This document shows positions 1 through 10,402 of a stretch of DNA of 64,000 nucleotides, in pieces (position 1 is the first letter of the stretch; the number at the start of each line of letters is the position of its first letter). Origin of the DNA: Kofleriaceae bacterium. GTDB taxonomy: Bacteria; Myxococcota_A; Polyangia; Haliangiales; Haliangiaceae. The notes under the pieces were generated by a model. That model ran no database searches, had not been told where the DNA came from, and saw nothing but the letters and a program-made list of their open reading frames with translations. The translations under genes and the position numbers were made by a program. The stretch is taken from NCBI GenBank assembly GCA_965215005.1, contig CBDCCZ010000010.1, positions 156,063 to 220,062 on the forward strand. Direction: 5' to 3'.

Positions 1-1076
1 ATACCGTCACCGATGCCCGCTTCGCGACGCTCGGCTTCGCTCAGGGACGCATGGGATGAGCTGGCCGGGTGCGATGCGGTGGTGGTGACGCCCCCGAGAC
101 TCGGCGACAACGTGATCAGCTCGAACGCGGCCACCACCCTTTCGGCAGCGACGCGAGACCCGAGGTCGAAGCTCACGAGTGCACAGCGATCGCTGCTGTA
201 GACGTTCTCGAGCCGCCGGCTGTCACCGAGCCGCGCGTCGTGAAGGCGCTGCGCGAGCACGGCGGCGCTGCGCCAGGCGTGCTGCATCCGCAGCGCGAGC
301 GTGCGGATCCCGCGAACGGCAAGCCAGGCCTCGAGCGGCGCGGCGTGCAGTCCCATGCGCCGAATCACGCCACGCGCGGCGTTCACCAGCTCGCTCGCGC
401 CGACCACGGCGCCGGCGCAGAGATCGTGATGACCGCCGAGAAACTTGGTGGCCGAGTGGATCACCAGGTCGGCACCGCTCGTGATGGGTCGATCGCGCAG
501 CGGCGTCGCGAAGGTGTTGTCGACGATGACCTTGGCGTTTGCCTGATGTGCCCGATCAACGATTGCAGCGAGGTCGATGCAGCGAAGCAGCGGATTGGAC
601 ACCGTCTCCACCAGCGCGACCGCTGCGCCATCGATGGCTCGTGCGAACGCGGCCTGATCGTAGACATCAACGTAGTCAATAGCGACCCCGAGCCGAGCGA
701 GGTCGGCATCGAAGAACCCACGCGTGCCGCCATAGGCGTCGCGTTGACAGACGATGCGGTCGCCGGCTCGGACAATCGATAGCACCGCCGCCGCAATCGC
801 GCCCATCCCCGAGCCCGTGGCCACGCCAGCGGGCGCCTCTTCGAGAGCGGCGATGGCCTCGCCGAGCTCGTCGGTATTGGGGACGCCGTAGCGGCGATAG
901 GCATACCCCTGTCCCGCCAACGCCGGCAGCGATTCTTCGATAGACGCGAAATCGAACACCGACACCTGATACAGCGGCGTCACGTGCGAATGCGGCGCCG
1001 CGCCTGCGGTAGGACGACGCGGCAAGCCCGCGTGGGCGCAGAGAGTATCGAGCTCGAGACGACGGGTCTGAGGCAT
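1..1076 (-). CDS. Cys/Met metabolism PLP-dependent enzyme (cystathionine gamma-synthase/lyase or methionine gamma-lyase family); runs off the left edge
   Basis: Not in the ORF track because no stop lies in the window. Manual translation from ATG at 1076 gives [17 protein letters not shown]...TPLYQVS...YRRYGVPN...GSGMGAI...YGGT, the PLP-lysine motif [14 protein letters not shown] and SLGGVTT. Confidence 0.9.
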   Translation of the reverse strand, partial: MPQTRRLELDTLCAHAGLPRRPTAGAAPHSHVTPLYQVSVFDFASIEESLPALAGQGYAYRRYGVPNTDELGEAIAALEEAPAGVATGSGMGAIAAAVLSIVRAGDRIVCQRDAYGGTRGFFDADLARLGVAIDYVDVYDQAAFARAIDGAAVALVETVSNPLLRCIDLAAIVDRAHQANAKVIVDNTFATPLRDRPITSGADLVIHSATKFLGGHHDLCAGAVVGASELVNAARGVIRRMGLHAAPLEAWLAVRGIRTLALRMQHAWRSAAVLAQRLHDARLGDSRRLENVYSSDRCALVSFDLGSRVAAERVVAAFELITLSPSLGGVTTTASHPASSSHASLSEAERREAGIGDG

Positions 1077-1087
1077 GCGCCGATGAT

Positions 1088-2215
1088 ATGATGACCGCCG
1101 TGTCCGAGGGCTTTTCATCGGCGAGTGTCGCAAAGCAGCTGGATTACTGCACCTATTGCCCCAAGATGTGCAGGCATTCGTGTCCCGTCTCGGCGGCAAC
1201 TGGCAAGGAAACGTACATTCCTCAAGCCAAGATGGATCGCCTCAACCAGCTGCGAAAAGCCACCGAGCCGTGGTCCCCGGCGAGCGCCGAACCGCTGTGG
1301 GCGTGCACCGGCTGTCGGCAGTGCACGACGTATTGCAATCACGGAAATGAGCCCGGCCTGGTGCTGTTTAGCGGCCGTGCCGCGGCGACCTCCCGCGGCG
1401 CCGGTCATCCCAATCTCGCCAGCTATCCCGATCGGTTTCGCAACCGAGAAGATCGGCTGGTCGAACAGGCCCGGGCGGCGTTCGAGCCGGCTTGCTTCAG
1501 CGCTGACGCCGAAGTGGGTTTCTGGCCCGGATGCGATGGCATCGATAAAGGTCTCGATGACGTGCGCGCGAGTCTCGAGCTGTTTGCGCGGATCGGCGAG
1601 CAAGACGTACGGCTCGTCGATGCGCGGCAAGCCTGCGCCGGCTATCCGCTGTTGGCGGCGGGGTATCCCGACATGTTTCGCTGGCACGCCGGCAAGGTCG
1701 CAACGGCGCTGAAGCGATTTCGCACGGTCGTCATCAACTGCTCCGCGTGCCTTTACACCATGCGCGCGCAGTACCCCGCCGAAGGCGTGACGTTGGTCCC
1801 TTCGGTGGTCTCCCTGGCCGAGTTTCTGGCTCGAGCGGCGATCCGGCTACCCGACATCGAGCGCAAGCCGGTGGTCTACTACCACGATCCCTGTTATCTG
1901 GCCCGCTACGAAGGCGTTCTCGAAGAACCCCGACGGGTCTTACGCCAAGTGGCCGAGGTGCGCGAGCTGGCTTGGTCTGGCACCGATACCGAGTGCTGCG
2001 GCGGCGCGGGCGTTTTGCCCAAGACCATGCCGGACGTCGCCGATGCGATGGCGCGTCGCCGCCTCGAAGAGGTTGCAACGCACGGCGGCGGCACCGTGGT
2101 GACCTCGTGCGCCACGTGCGCATTCATGCTGCGACGCAACGCTCCCAGCGGCGTCGAGGTCAAAGACCTGCCCACCGCGGTGATCGACCTCGTCCGCAAC
2201 CTCGCCACCGCGTGA
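1088..2215 (+). CDS. Fe-S oxidoreductase (GlpC/HdrD-like, 4Fe-4S plus CCG domains)
   Basis: [13 protein letters not shown] and [11 protein letters not shown] ferredoxin motifs; YHDPC, CCGGAG and SCATC CCG motifs. Confidence 0.85.
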   Translation: MMTAVSEGFSSASVAKQLDYCTYCPKMCRHSCPVSAATGKETYIPQAKMDRLNQLRKATEPWSPASAEPLWACTGCRQCTTYCNHGNEPGLVLFSGRAAATSRGAGHPNLASYPDRFRNREDRLVEQARAAFEPACFSADAEVGFWPGCDGIDKGLDDVRASLELFARIGEQDVRLVDARQACAGYPLLAAGYPDMFRWHAGKVATALKRFRTVVINCSACLYTMRAQYPAEGVTLVPSVVSLAEFLARAAIRLPDIERKPVVYYHDPCYLARYEGVLEEPRRVLRQVAEVRELAWSGTDTECCGGAGVLPKTMPDVADAMARRRLEEVATHGGGTVVTSCATCAFMLRRNAPSGVEVKDLPTAVIDLVRNLATA

Positions 2216-2219
2216 TTTC

Positions 2220-3914
2220 CTAGCCTGTTTTCCCGCCGCTGCTGCCCACCATCGCAGTCCAGTCGCTGCGCTCCACACCATACGCCCGACGGATCGCCTC
2301 CATCGTGGGCTGCTCGCCGATGCCCAACGGAATCGGCAGGCTGCTCAGATACGCGGTCTTCATGCGCATGTAGCCGCCGCGGAGCGGGATGCCGGTCTCG
2401 CTCAGCCACAAGCTCACCGCCGGCGACCGCAGCACCGCCGCGATCAGCGGCAGTGGAATGTCGTTGGTCGCGCGAAGCGCGTACGCCGAATCGAGAATCA
2501 AGCCCCCACTGCAGTCGATCCCAACGCGCGGGACCCGCACCACATCGGGAACAATGAGCTTGGCAGCGGTGTCACGCAGAAATACGAGATTCTGCGGACG
2601 CCCAAAACGATAGAAGCGGGCATCGCGGTACTTGCCGCCCTCGCGCTCTTCTAGCAGCGCTCGAGTCGCGGCGAAATACGCCGCCGCGCAAGGAAAGTAG
2701 CGTGCGAGCGTCTCGGGGGCGATGAGCTGCGCGTTGACGTACGGAGTGATGCAACGGCGTCGCGAATCGATGGCCGCGTTGTCGCGAATATCGCGGCCGC
2801 GGGCACAGGGAACAGCTAGCGCCGATTCGATAGCCACCTCGCGTTCGAGCGCGTTCGAGTAGCCGCGCACCAGCTCGCCGTGCTCCTCGCAGCGCTCGAG
2901 CAAATACACGCGGTCCGCGTTGGTGCCGGTGCCCTTGGCGATGCGAGCAACGCTGCCGAGCGGCGGTCCAGCTCGCCGCATGGTCTCGATGAGGGTGCGC
3001 CGGGTACCGATTGAGAGCCGCCACGGCTCGGCGCCTAGCGACGATGCCGAGACACAACCAACCGACCACTGGCCGCCTGCGGCACGCGCGATTGCCACCG
3101 CAGATGTCGGTGCGCGCGACAAAACGATCAGCGATGCATACGTCGTAGCGCCCGCGAACAGCTGCTTGGCACCGAAGTCGACGATTGCCTCCACGCTCCG
3201 CGCCGCTGCCAACAGCGCGCGCAGCGGCGCCGCAGCTTGCGCCGTGAGCCAGCGCGATGGCACCACCAAACCCACGCCGCCGCTGGGGCGCGCCCACTGC
3301 AGTGATTGCTCGAGAAACGCCGCATAGAGGTCCCATTCGCCGTGTGAGGTCGCTGCGTAGCGGCCACGGAGTTGGCGCCAGAGTGCAGGGTCGGTGCGCG
3401 CCAAGTGCACGCTGCGCTGATATGGCGGGTTGCCGACCACCACGTCGAACTTGCCAAGACCAGCGGGTCCGTCGCTGAGCGCTTCACAACAGTGGACGCT
3501 TGTGAGCGACTCGAGAGCCGCGGCGGCGACCGCAGCAAATCTCGGCGCTCGCTCGAGGCCCACGATGCAGGTAGCGGCGATGGCAGCGCGCGCTCGCGAC
3601 CGCTCAAAGCCACGGCTAACGGCGGCATTGGTCATTCTCTCGCGTGCCGCTAACAAGAAGCGCCCGTCACCGCACGCCGGATCGAGCACGCGGATGGATG
3701 GCGCCCCGGCGGCGCTCCATTGCACCTCCGCCGCGGTAAGCCGCGGCTCGAGAACTTGCTCGAGGATCAACTCGACCAGCGGCACGGGCGTGAAATAGGC
3801 GCCGCGCGCGCGGCGACTCGCCCGCGAGGACGCCGCATCGATAGCGGCAACGTCACCAGCCGCACTAGCAGCAAGTTGTCGATCGAGCTTCGCGAGCCGC
3901 TCTACCGTCAGCAC
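2220..3914 (-). CDS. N6-adenine DNA methyltransferase (Eco57I/TaqI-like with C-terminal target recognition domain)
   Basis: [17 protein letters not shown] (motif I), VVGNPPY (motif IV), [11 protein letters not shown] at 3914 chosen to avoid overlap with the divergent gene. Confidence 0.85.
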   Translation of the reverse strand: MLTVERLAKLDRQLAASAAGDVAAIDAASSRASRRARGAYFTPVPLVELILEQVLEPRLTAAEVQWSAAGAPSIRVLDPACGDGRFLLAARERMTNAAVSRGFERSRARAAIAATCIVGLERAPRFAAVAAAALESLTSVHCCEALSDGPAGLGKFDVVVGNPPYQRSVHLARTDPALWRQLRGRYAATSHGEWDLYAAFLEQSLQWARPSGGVGLVVPSRWLTAQAAAPLRALLAAARSVEAIVDFGAKQLFAGATTYASLIVLSRAPTSAVAIARAAGGQWSVGCVSASSLGAEPWRLSIGTRRTLIETMRRAGPPLGSVARIAKGTGTNADRVYLLERCEEHGELVRGYSNALEREVAIESALAVPCARGRDIRDNAAIDSRRRCITPYVNAQLIAPETLARYFPCAAAYFAATRALLEEREGGKYRDARFYRFGRPQNLVFLRDTAAKLIVPDVVRVPRVGIDCSGGLILDSAYALRATNDIPLPLIAAVLRSPAVSLWLSETGIPLRGGYMRMKTAYLSSLPIPLGIGEQPTMEAIRRAYGVERSDWTAMVGSSGGKTG

Positions 3915-3971
3915 CGAATGAAGGTAGCAGTCGTGTCTGAAGAGCGGGTGTCGGCGGTATAGTGGCAGCGC

Positions 3972-4916
3972 ATGGGCGAGCCGCGAACGGTCTTGGTGGT
4001 GAATCCGCAGTCGCAACAGGGGGCGCTGGGGCAGCGATGGCCGCAGCTGTCACGACAGATTCGCCGTCACTTGGTGTTCGATGAGGTGCACACCCGCGGT
4101 CCAGGCGATGCAACGCGTCTCGCTCGCGAGGCGCTCGAGGCAGGCGCCGAGCAAGTGGTCGCGATCGGCGGCGACGGCACCATCAATGAAGTCGTCAATG
4201 GCTTTTTCAAAGATGGTCGGCCGGTGGCGCCAGAGGCGGCGCTCGGGCTGCTGCCGTTTGGCACCGGCGGCGACTTCCGCAAAACCGTCCACGTACCCAA
4301 AGATGTCGAACGAGCCGCGGCAATCTTAGCGAGCGGCCGCCGCCGGCGGATCGACCTCGGCATGCTCGAATACACCACCGACGATGGTGGTCGCGCTCGG
4401 CGGATATTCGCCAACATCGCCTCGTTTGGGATCAGCGGCGTCGTTGATCGGCTCGTCAACGAGTCGTCCAAGAGGCTCGGCGGCCGCCTCTCGTTCATGG
4501 TGGGAACCGCCAAAGCGACGATGAGCTACACCAACCAGCGAGTCCGGCTCGTCTTTGATAACGACTCCGGCAGCGCCGTTGAGATGCTGATCAACACGGT
4601 TGCAATCGCCAATGGCCGCTACTTCGGCGGCGGCATGCGCATCGCGCCCCACGCCGAGCTCGATGATGGCCTGTTCGACGTCGTCGCGCTCGGCGACCTC
4701 GGGCTGCGCGACTTCGTGCTGCACGGCCGCCGCATCTACGCAGGGACGCATCTCGGCATGGACAAGATCAGTCACCGCCGCGCGCGGCGAATCGACGCCG
4801 AGCCGATCGGCAGCGACCGCGTCGAGCTCGACGTCGACGGCGAAACGCCAGGACGTCTACCGGCGACGTTCCAGGTCGTCCCGCAGGCATTGAATCTGGT
4901 CATTCCTACAGCCTGA
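3972..4916 (+). CDS. Diacylglycerol/lipid kinase family protein (YegS/DagK-like)
   Basis: VVNPQS, GGDGTINEVVNG, LPFGTGGDF, NGRYFGGG and DVDGE motifs. Confidence 0.92.
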   Translation: MGEPRTVLVVNPQSQQGALGQRWPQLSRQIRRHLVFDEVHTRGPGDATRLAREALEAGAEQVVAIGGDGTINEVVNGFFKDGRPVAPEAALGLLPFGTGGDFRKTVHVPKDVERAAAILASGRRRRIDLGMLEYTTDDGGRARRIFANIASFGISGVVDRLVNESSKRLGGRLSFMVGTAKATMSYTNQRVRLVFDNDSGSAVEMLINTVAIANGRYFGGGMRIAPHAELDDGLFDVVALGDLGLRDFVLHGRRIYAGTHLGMDKISHRRARRIDAEPIGSDRVELDVDGETPGRLPATFQVVPQALNLVIPTA

Positions 4917-6372
4917 CGCCAGCGAGGATCTGATCGTAATCGAGGCTGCCGTCGGGCTTGAGGAACCGCACGCGAACCGTATCGCTCAGCGGGTCGAACG
5001 TGAGCAGACATCCGCGTGGCGCGGTTTGGCTGTACTCGAAGTTCGAGCCGTACGCCCCGACTCCGAGATTGCCGCCGGTCACCGCGATTTCCCGACAGCG
5101 ATCGGCGAGAGAGTCGCTGGTGCCAACCCGCGACACGAAGTTGACGTGCAGGTCGCCACTTAGAAACCAGGCGTTTTCGATGCCGCGGTTGTTGATGTGC
5201 TCGAGCAGCTCGGTCCGCGCAGCGCGATAGCCCTCCCAGCGGTCATTCCGAACGATGTCGAAATAGAACGGCATGTCGGTAATTGGCACCGAGTTGGCGA
5301 CGACTTTGAATTGGCAGGGGCTATCGGCGAGCCGCTGTTTGAGAAAGTCCATCTGCGGCCGACTCAAGTATTCGCCTGTGATGGGCGGATTTCGCTCATA
5401 GCGACAATCGAGAATGATGATCTCTGCGGTCATGCCCCACCGAAAGCTGCGCCATAGCTGAAACGGATCCGGCAACGGCGCGATCGGCATGGCTCGGAAG
5501 TACGCTTCACGGCCATTGTCGATGCGTTCGATGTCGCGCTCGTCCATCGACCACGGGTCGACAGCGCTGTTATCGGTGATCTCGTGGTCATCCCAGGTCG
5601 CGTACAGGCCCGCCTTGGCGTAGCAGCGCCGCATCCCTTCAGAGCCGAGGTAGTAGCGCCAGGCATCGAGATATTGCGCTTTGCTGCCGCCGGCAGCGAA
5701 AACTCGATCCATATATGCCGCATCACCGAGATGCAGAAACATGTCGTAGTCGTTCTGCGCGGTGACCTCGAGCGCCGGGTAGCGAAACGGTGCCGCGGGT
5801 GGCGCAGCAGGATCGACGTACCCGCCATTGCACGCGCTGATCGCGACGGTCAGCGGCGCGACCATGCCGTCGGCCAGCGCGGTCCGCACCGTGCCAATGA
5901 GGCTGCGAGAAGCGAATTCTCCTGCTCGTCCCGCGCCCATCGCTGGCGAGAAATAGCCGTAGCGATATGAGGCTCCTGGCATCAGTCCCGAGACGGCCGT
6001 CTGCATGTAGCCCGCCGCATCGGGCGTGACCTCATGCTCGGCAACGAGCTCGACGGTGCCCGGTAGCAGCCCCTCCTGCCACACGCGCAGAAGCTTGTCG
6101 CCGCCATCGGCAGCGAAACCGGCGATCACCATGGAGCTCGGCATCATCTCGCCGGCCATGCACGCGCTGGGAAAGATCGCATCATTCTGCGGCACCGCCA
6201 GTGGGTCGAAGTCGATCGGCTGGGCGGCATCTGGAGTCGGCGCGTCGGGCGCGGCGTCGGCGCCCGCGCCGGCATCGACGAGGCCGTCGTCCATCGCCGG
6301 ACTATCGCAAGCGCCCAGCGCACGAGCTGCCGCTACCGATGCCGTCAAGCGCAAAAAGTCGCGGCGCTTCAC
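4906..6372 (-). CDS. phoD: Alkaline phosphatase D family protein with Tat signal/lipobox
   Basis: MKRRDFL twin-arginine signal and LGAC lipobox; HLGDAAY, TWDDHE, LDCR, DRWEGY and SGDLH PhoD motifs. Confidence 0.88.
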   Translation of the reverse strand: MKRRDFLRLTASVAAARALGACDSPAMDDGLVDAGAGADAAPDAPTPDAAQPIDFDPLAVPQNDAIFPSACMAGEMMPSSMVIAGFAADGGDKLLRVWQEGLLPGTVELVAEHEVTPDAAGYMQTAVSGLMPGASYRYGYFSPAMGAGRAGEFASRSLIGTVRTALADGMVAPLTVAISACNGGYVDPAAPPAAPFRYPALEVTAQNDYDMFLHLGDAAYMDRVFAAGGSKAQYLDAWRYYLGSEGMRRCYAKAGLYATWDDHEITDNSAVDPWSMDERDIERIDNGREAYFRAMPIAPLPDPFQLWRSFRWGMTAEIIILDCRYERNPPITGEYLSRPQMDFLKQRLADSPCQFKVVANSVPITDMPFYFDIVRNDRWEGYRAARTELLEHINNRGIENAWFLSGDLHVNFVSRVGTSDSLADRCREIAVTGGNLGVGAYGSNFEYSQTAPRGCLLTFDPLSDTVRVRFLKPDGSLDYDQILAGVRL

Positions 6373-7484
6373 GGCGCGACCTCGGCCTCGCGAGCGCCAG
6401 AGAATCGCGCCTCGGGCCGCTGCACCTGACGCGAAAACTCGATAGCGCCGTTGCTGTCATAGAAGCGTCCCGTCATCGCCGCGTCGTCGATCTCTACATA
6501 GAGAAACCCGACCTTGGAGTCGTCTTGCCAGTGCACGCGGTTGCCGCGGTCTTTGAGCGGGCGCAACTTGCTGCCGGCGCCACTCACGATCAGCTCGGCA
6601 CCACACAGCGCCGCCGGCTCATCGAGCCACTCGCGGTCGTGATCGTGCCCCGACAGATACACATCGACGGTTCCACACACCTGCTCGTCGAAGAACCGCC
6701 GCAGTCGCACGCCGCTCAGCTCCGGGATTGGGATGGGCAATTCGACGCCGCCGAGCTCCAGAGCATCGTAGCTGCCGGCGTTGCCATGCGAGCCATTGGA
6801 ACGGTACGGGTGGTGCCCCGCTGCGAAAATCCACTCCACGCCCTGCGCCTGCAGGTCGGCAACCGCCGCCGGATACCACTGCGCTTGATCACCGTGGGTG
6901 GTGCTGTCCCAGACGATGCTGTTGGTGTCGAGCACGATGAAGCCGACGCGCCCCCACGTGAAGGTGTAGTGGGTCGCGGGCATCACCCACTTATCCGAGC
7001 GTTCGCTGTACTGAACCTCGAGCGGTCCCTTCCACCACTCGTTGCCGAGCCCGGGCACATCGAAGCCGAGCTGGCCACCGTAATCGTGGTTGCCAAGCAC
7101 CGCGAAGAACGGTGCGTCGACGTCGGCGTAGGGAATCTCGAACTTGTAGCGCCACTGCGGGTCGTCAACCGAGTCGACGCCATCGTCATAGATGTTGTCG
7201 CCAAGCAGCAGGACGAAATCGCAACCCTGCGTCGCACACACCGCAGAGACGGCCTGCGCGACCTCGAGCTGCGCTTGATTGCCCTCCCCGGTGTCGCCCA
7301 TGACCACGAAGCGGACCGGCGGCGGTCCCGCGTCGGGCTCCGCATCGGGCATGCTTTGCGCCCCATCGCCGGGTGGCCCGGCGTCCGCGAGCGCACCAAC
7401 CTCATCGGAGGAGGAGCAGCCAATTATCGAAAGCAGTGCGAGACAACAACCGAGCTTCGACAACACGAGCGCATTGTAAGGCAA
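6369..7484 (-). CDS. Calcineurin-like metallophosphoesterase (purple/tartrate-resistant acid phosphatase-like lipoprotein)
   Basis: GDTG, LGDNIY, GNHDY, GHHP and SGHDH motifs; lipoprotein-like N-terminus (IIGC). Confidence 0.9.
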   Translation of the reverse strand: MPYNALVLSKLGCCLALLSIIGCSSSDEVGALADAGPPGDGAQSMPDAEPDAGPPPVRFVVMGDTGEGNQAQLEVAQAVSAVCATQGCDFVLLLGDNIYDDGVDSVDDPQWRYKFEIPYADVDAPFFAVLGNHDYGGQLGFDVPGLGNEWWKGPLEVQYSERSDKWVMPATHYTFTWGRVGFIVLDTNSIVWDSTTHGDQAQWYPAAVADLQAQGVEWIFAAGHHPYRSNGSHGNAGSYDALELGGVELPIPIPELSGVRLRRFFDEQVCGTVDVYLSGHDHDREWLDEPAALCGAELIVSGAGSKLRPLKDRGNRVHWQDDSKVGFLYVEIDDAAMTGRFYDSNGAIEFSRQVQRPEARFSGAREAEVAP

Positions 7485-7612
7485 TGGCTAGACCAGCGGG
7501 TCACACAATCGCTGCACCTGCGGGTCGAAGTGGGTACACGCGAAGCGCCGCTCGGGCACAACCCGCCGACGCTCGAACGGCTCTGAGGCCCCAAGCCGCT
7601 CGCGTTGACGCG

Positions 7613-9002
7613 CTACGCCAACATCGCGGGGATGATGCCGCCTGCGACGTTATCAGCTCCGAAAGAATCGTAGTAGCCGCCGTTGCCATTGGTGAGCCCA
7701 ACGGCGCTGAGGATCGTGTTTAGCAACTTGTTGTGGGTGACGTCGCCAGCGTCAATGTACTGCCCGGTTCGCAAGAAGCCACCGGCACCGCCGGCCAGGA
7801 CCTGCGGCAGATTGAGATGTGAGTGGCCCGGGGCCGGTCGCGAGGTCGTTGGTCCACAACGCGACGGTATCGTCGAGCAGTGGACCACCGCTCGGGCCCG
7901 CATACATCGCCAGTCGATCGAGGAGATGACGGAACAGGCGCGCATGCAGGCGATCGATCTTGTGATGTAAGAGATCTGCCCCGGCGATGGGCGTGCCCTC
8001 GATGCCGTCGCCGTCGATGCGGTGGCTAATGCGATGATAGGAGCTCTGCAGCTGACCATCGATGTAGTAGCGGGTGCCGTCGTTGCCGCTGCCCATCTGC
8101 ATGGTCGCGGTCCGGTTCAAATCGGTCGCAAACGCCAGCGCGATGATGTTCATGTGCATCCGCGCGACCGCAACGCGGTTGGCGTTGTCCGCGGCGGCGC
8201 CTTGGATGTCTTTCATCGCCTGAACTTCGCTATCCGCCAAGGTATCAGTGATTCCCAGCTCGAGATCGCGGATGGCTGCAAAGTGCAGCTCGAGCCGCTG
8301 GCGATCGTCGGCGGATAGATCGGCTTTGCCGAGCAGCTCCTGCATGTCATCGCGGACCAAGTCGTTGACGCTGGTGCGCCGCGCGGCGATGGCCGCTCGG
8401 ACCTCTTCGTTGCCTTCGGCGAGCCCCACCATGCCGGTGTAGACGTCGAACGGGTTGCTTTGCGCGCCTCGCAGCTGCCGGGGGCCACTATAGGAGAGAC
8501 CGGCGCCGTGGTAGGCCCGCTGCGGACCGCTCATGAGAGTGAGGGGGTCAACTCCCACGGGATTGCACTCCTGCGCGATGCGCCAGTCAATCGACTCGTG
8601 ATCCGAGAGCGACTCCCTGCCCTCTCCGGTGACTTTGCCAGCCGTAAGGCATTGGTTGATGCCGCCGGAGTGAGCACAGCCGTTACCGCGTTGGGCGTGG
8701 CGGGTCCCGCGCACCAAGAGCAGCTTGTCGGCATACGCCGCTAGCTCGCTCACGGCCCGATCGCCATCGATCGCCGATAGGGATTCCTTTGTGAGCTGGC
8801 CGAGCTTGCGCGGCCAGAAGCGCTCGGGCTCATTGCCGGAGCGCTGCTGACAACCATTGCCTTGCTTCATGAACACCGAGTACACGATGCGCTCGTTGCC
8901 CGCCGCTTGGGCGCGACGGTCGGTGAAGCGAACACTCTCGAGAAACGGCAGCGCCAGTACCGCGCTGCCGAGACCTTGCAGGAACCGTCGACGAAGAATC
9001 AT
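7613..9002 (-). CDS. DUF1552 family Tat-exported protein, tandem copy 2, with a +1 frameshift near 7827-7833
   Basis: Near-identical to 9012-10400 along its whole length. The C-terminus (HSHLNLPQVLAGGAGG...PAMLA) continues in another frame; there is one extra base relative to copy 1. Confidence 0.82.
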
Positions 9003-9011
9003 GGTGACGCG

Positions 9012-10400
9012 CTACGCCAACATCGCCGGGATGATGCCGCCTTCGAGGTCATCGGCCCCGAAGGAATCGTAGTAGCCGCCGTTGCCATTGGTGAGCCCCA
9101 CAGCGCTGAGGATCGTGTTCAGCAGCTTGTTGTGAGTGACGTTGCCCGCGTCGATGTACTGGCCGGTTCGCAAGAAGCCACCGGCACCGCCGGCCAAGAC
9201 CTGCGGCAGGTTTTGGTAGGAGTGCGGCGGTCCATTGGCGAGGTCGTTGGTCCACAGCGCAACGGTGTCATCGAGCAGCGGCCCACCGCTCGGGCCGGTG
9301 TACATCGCCAGTCGATCGAGGAGATGGCGGAACACGCGCGCATGAAGGCGATCGATCTTGTGATGGAGGAGATCCGCCCCAGCGATGGCCGTGCCCTCGC
9401 CGCCGTCGCTGTCGATGCGGTGGCTAATCCGATGATAGGAGTTCTGCAGCTGGCCATCGATGTAGTAGCGGGTGCCGTCGTTGCCGCTGCCCATCTGCAT
9501 GGTCGCGGTCCGGTTCAAGTCGGTCGCAAAGGCCAGCGCGATGATGTTCATGTGCATCTCGGCGACCCGGACGCGGTTGGCGTTGTCCGCGGCGGCGCCT
9601 TGGATGTCTTTCATCGCCTGGATCTCGCTTTCCGCCAGGGTGCCAGTCATTCCCAGCTCGAGATCGCGGATGGCCGCAAAGTGCATCTCGAGCCGCTGGC
9701 GGTCATCGGCGGATAAATCGGCTTTGCCGAGCAGCTCTTGCATGTCATCGCGCACCAAGTCGTTGACGCTGGTGCGCCGCGCTGCAATGGCCGCTCGGAC
9801 TTCTTCATTGCCTTCGGCGATGCCCACCATACCGGTGTAGACGTCGAACGGATTGTTTTGCGCGCCGCGAAGCTGCCGCGGTCCACTGTAGGAAAGACCG
9901 GCGCCGATGTAAGCCTGCTGCGGGCCGCTCATGAGAGTGAGCGGCTCCACGCCCACGGGGTTGCACTCCTGCGCGATCCGCCAGTCAATCGACTCGTGAT
10001 CCGAGAGCGAGTCTTTGCCCTGTCCGGTGACCTTGCCGGCCGTGAGACACTGGTTGAGACCGCCGGAGTGACCGCAGCCGTTACCGCCTTGAGCGTGGCG
10101 GGTTCCGCGCACTAGCAGCAGCTTATCGGCGTACGCGGCGAGCTCGCTCACGGCGCGATCGCCGTTGACCGAGGTTAGTGACTCGCTGGTGAGCTGACCG
10201 AGCTCGCGCGGCCAGAAGCGCTCGGGCTCGTTGCCAAGCTGCTGTTGGCAGCCATTTCCTTGCTTCATGAACACCGAGTACACGATGCGCTCGTTGCCCG
10301 CTGCTTGGGCGCGACGGTCGGTGAAGCGAACACTCTCGAGAAACGGCAGCGCCAGCACCGCGCCGCCAAGACCTTGCAAGAATCGTCGACGAAGAATCAT
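9012..10400 (-). CDS. DUF1552 family Tat-exported protein, tandem copy 1
   Basis: RRRFLQG...LALPFLES Tat signal, SIDW..A, YHRISH, LLDDT, H...NLP.VLAGGAGG and HNKLL; lies directly downstream of a DUF1592 gene as is typical. Confidence 0.88.
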   Translation of the reverse strand: MILRRRFLQGLGGAVLALPFLESVRFTDRRAQAAGNERIVYSVFMKQGNGCQQQLGNEPERFWPRELGQLTSESLTSVNGDRAVSELAAYADKLLLVRGTRHAQGGNGCGHSGGLNQCLTAGKVTGQGKDSLSDHESIDWRIAQECNPVGVEPLTLMSGPQQAYIGAGLSYSGPRQLRGAQNNPFDVYTGMVGIAEGNEEVRAAIAARRTSVNDLVRDDMQELLGKADLSADDRQRLEMHFAAIRDLELGMTGTLAESEIQAMKDIQGAAADNANRVRVAEMHMNIIALAFATDLNRTATMQMGSGNDGTRYYIDGQLQNSYHRISHRIDSDGGEGTAIAGADLLHHKIDRLHARVFRHLLDRLAMYTGPSGGPLLDDTVALWTNDLANGPPHSYQNLPQVLAGGAGGFLRTGQYIDAGNVTHNKLLNTILSAVGLTNGNGGYYDSFGADDLEGGIIPAMLA

Positions 10401-10402
10401 GT

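Noticed and set aside
69..782. Long alternative-frame and antisense ORFs (for example 69-782, 6201-7586, 22711-23772, 43358-44419, 55660-56940)
   Set aside because: These are shadow ORFs typical of high-GC DNA, overlapping well-supported genes.
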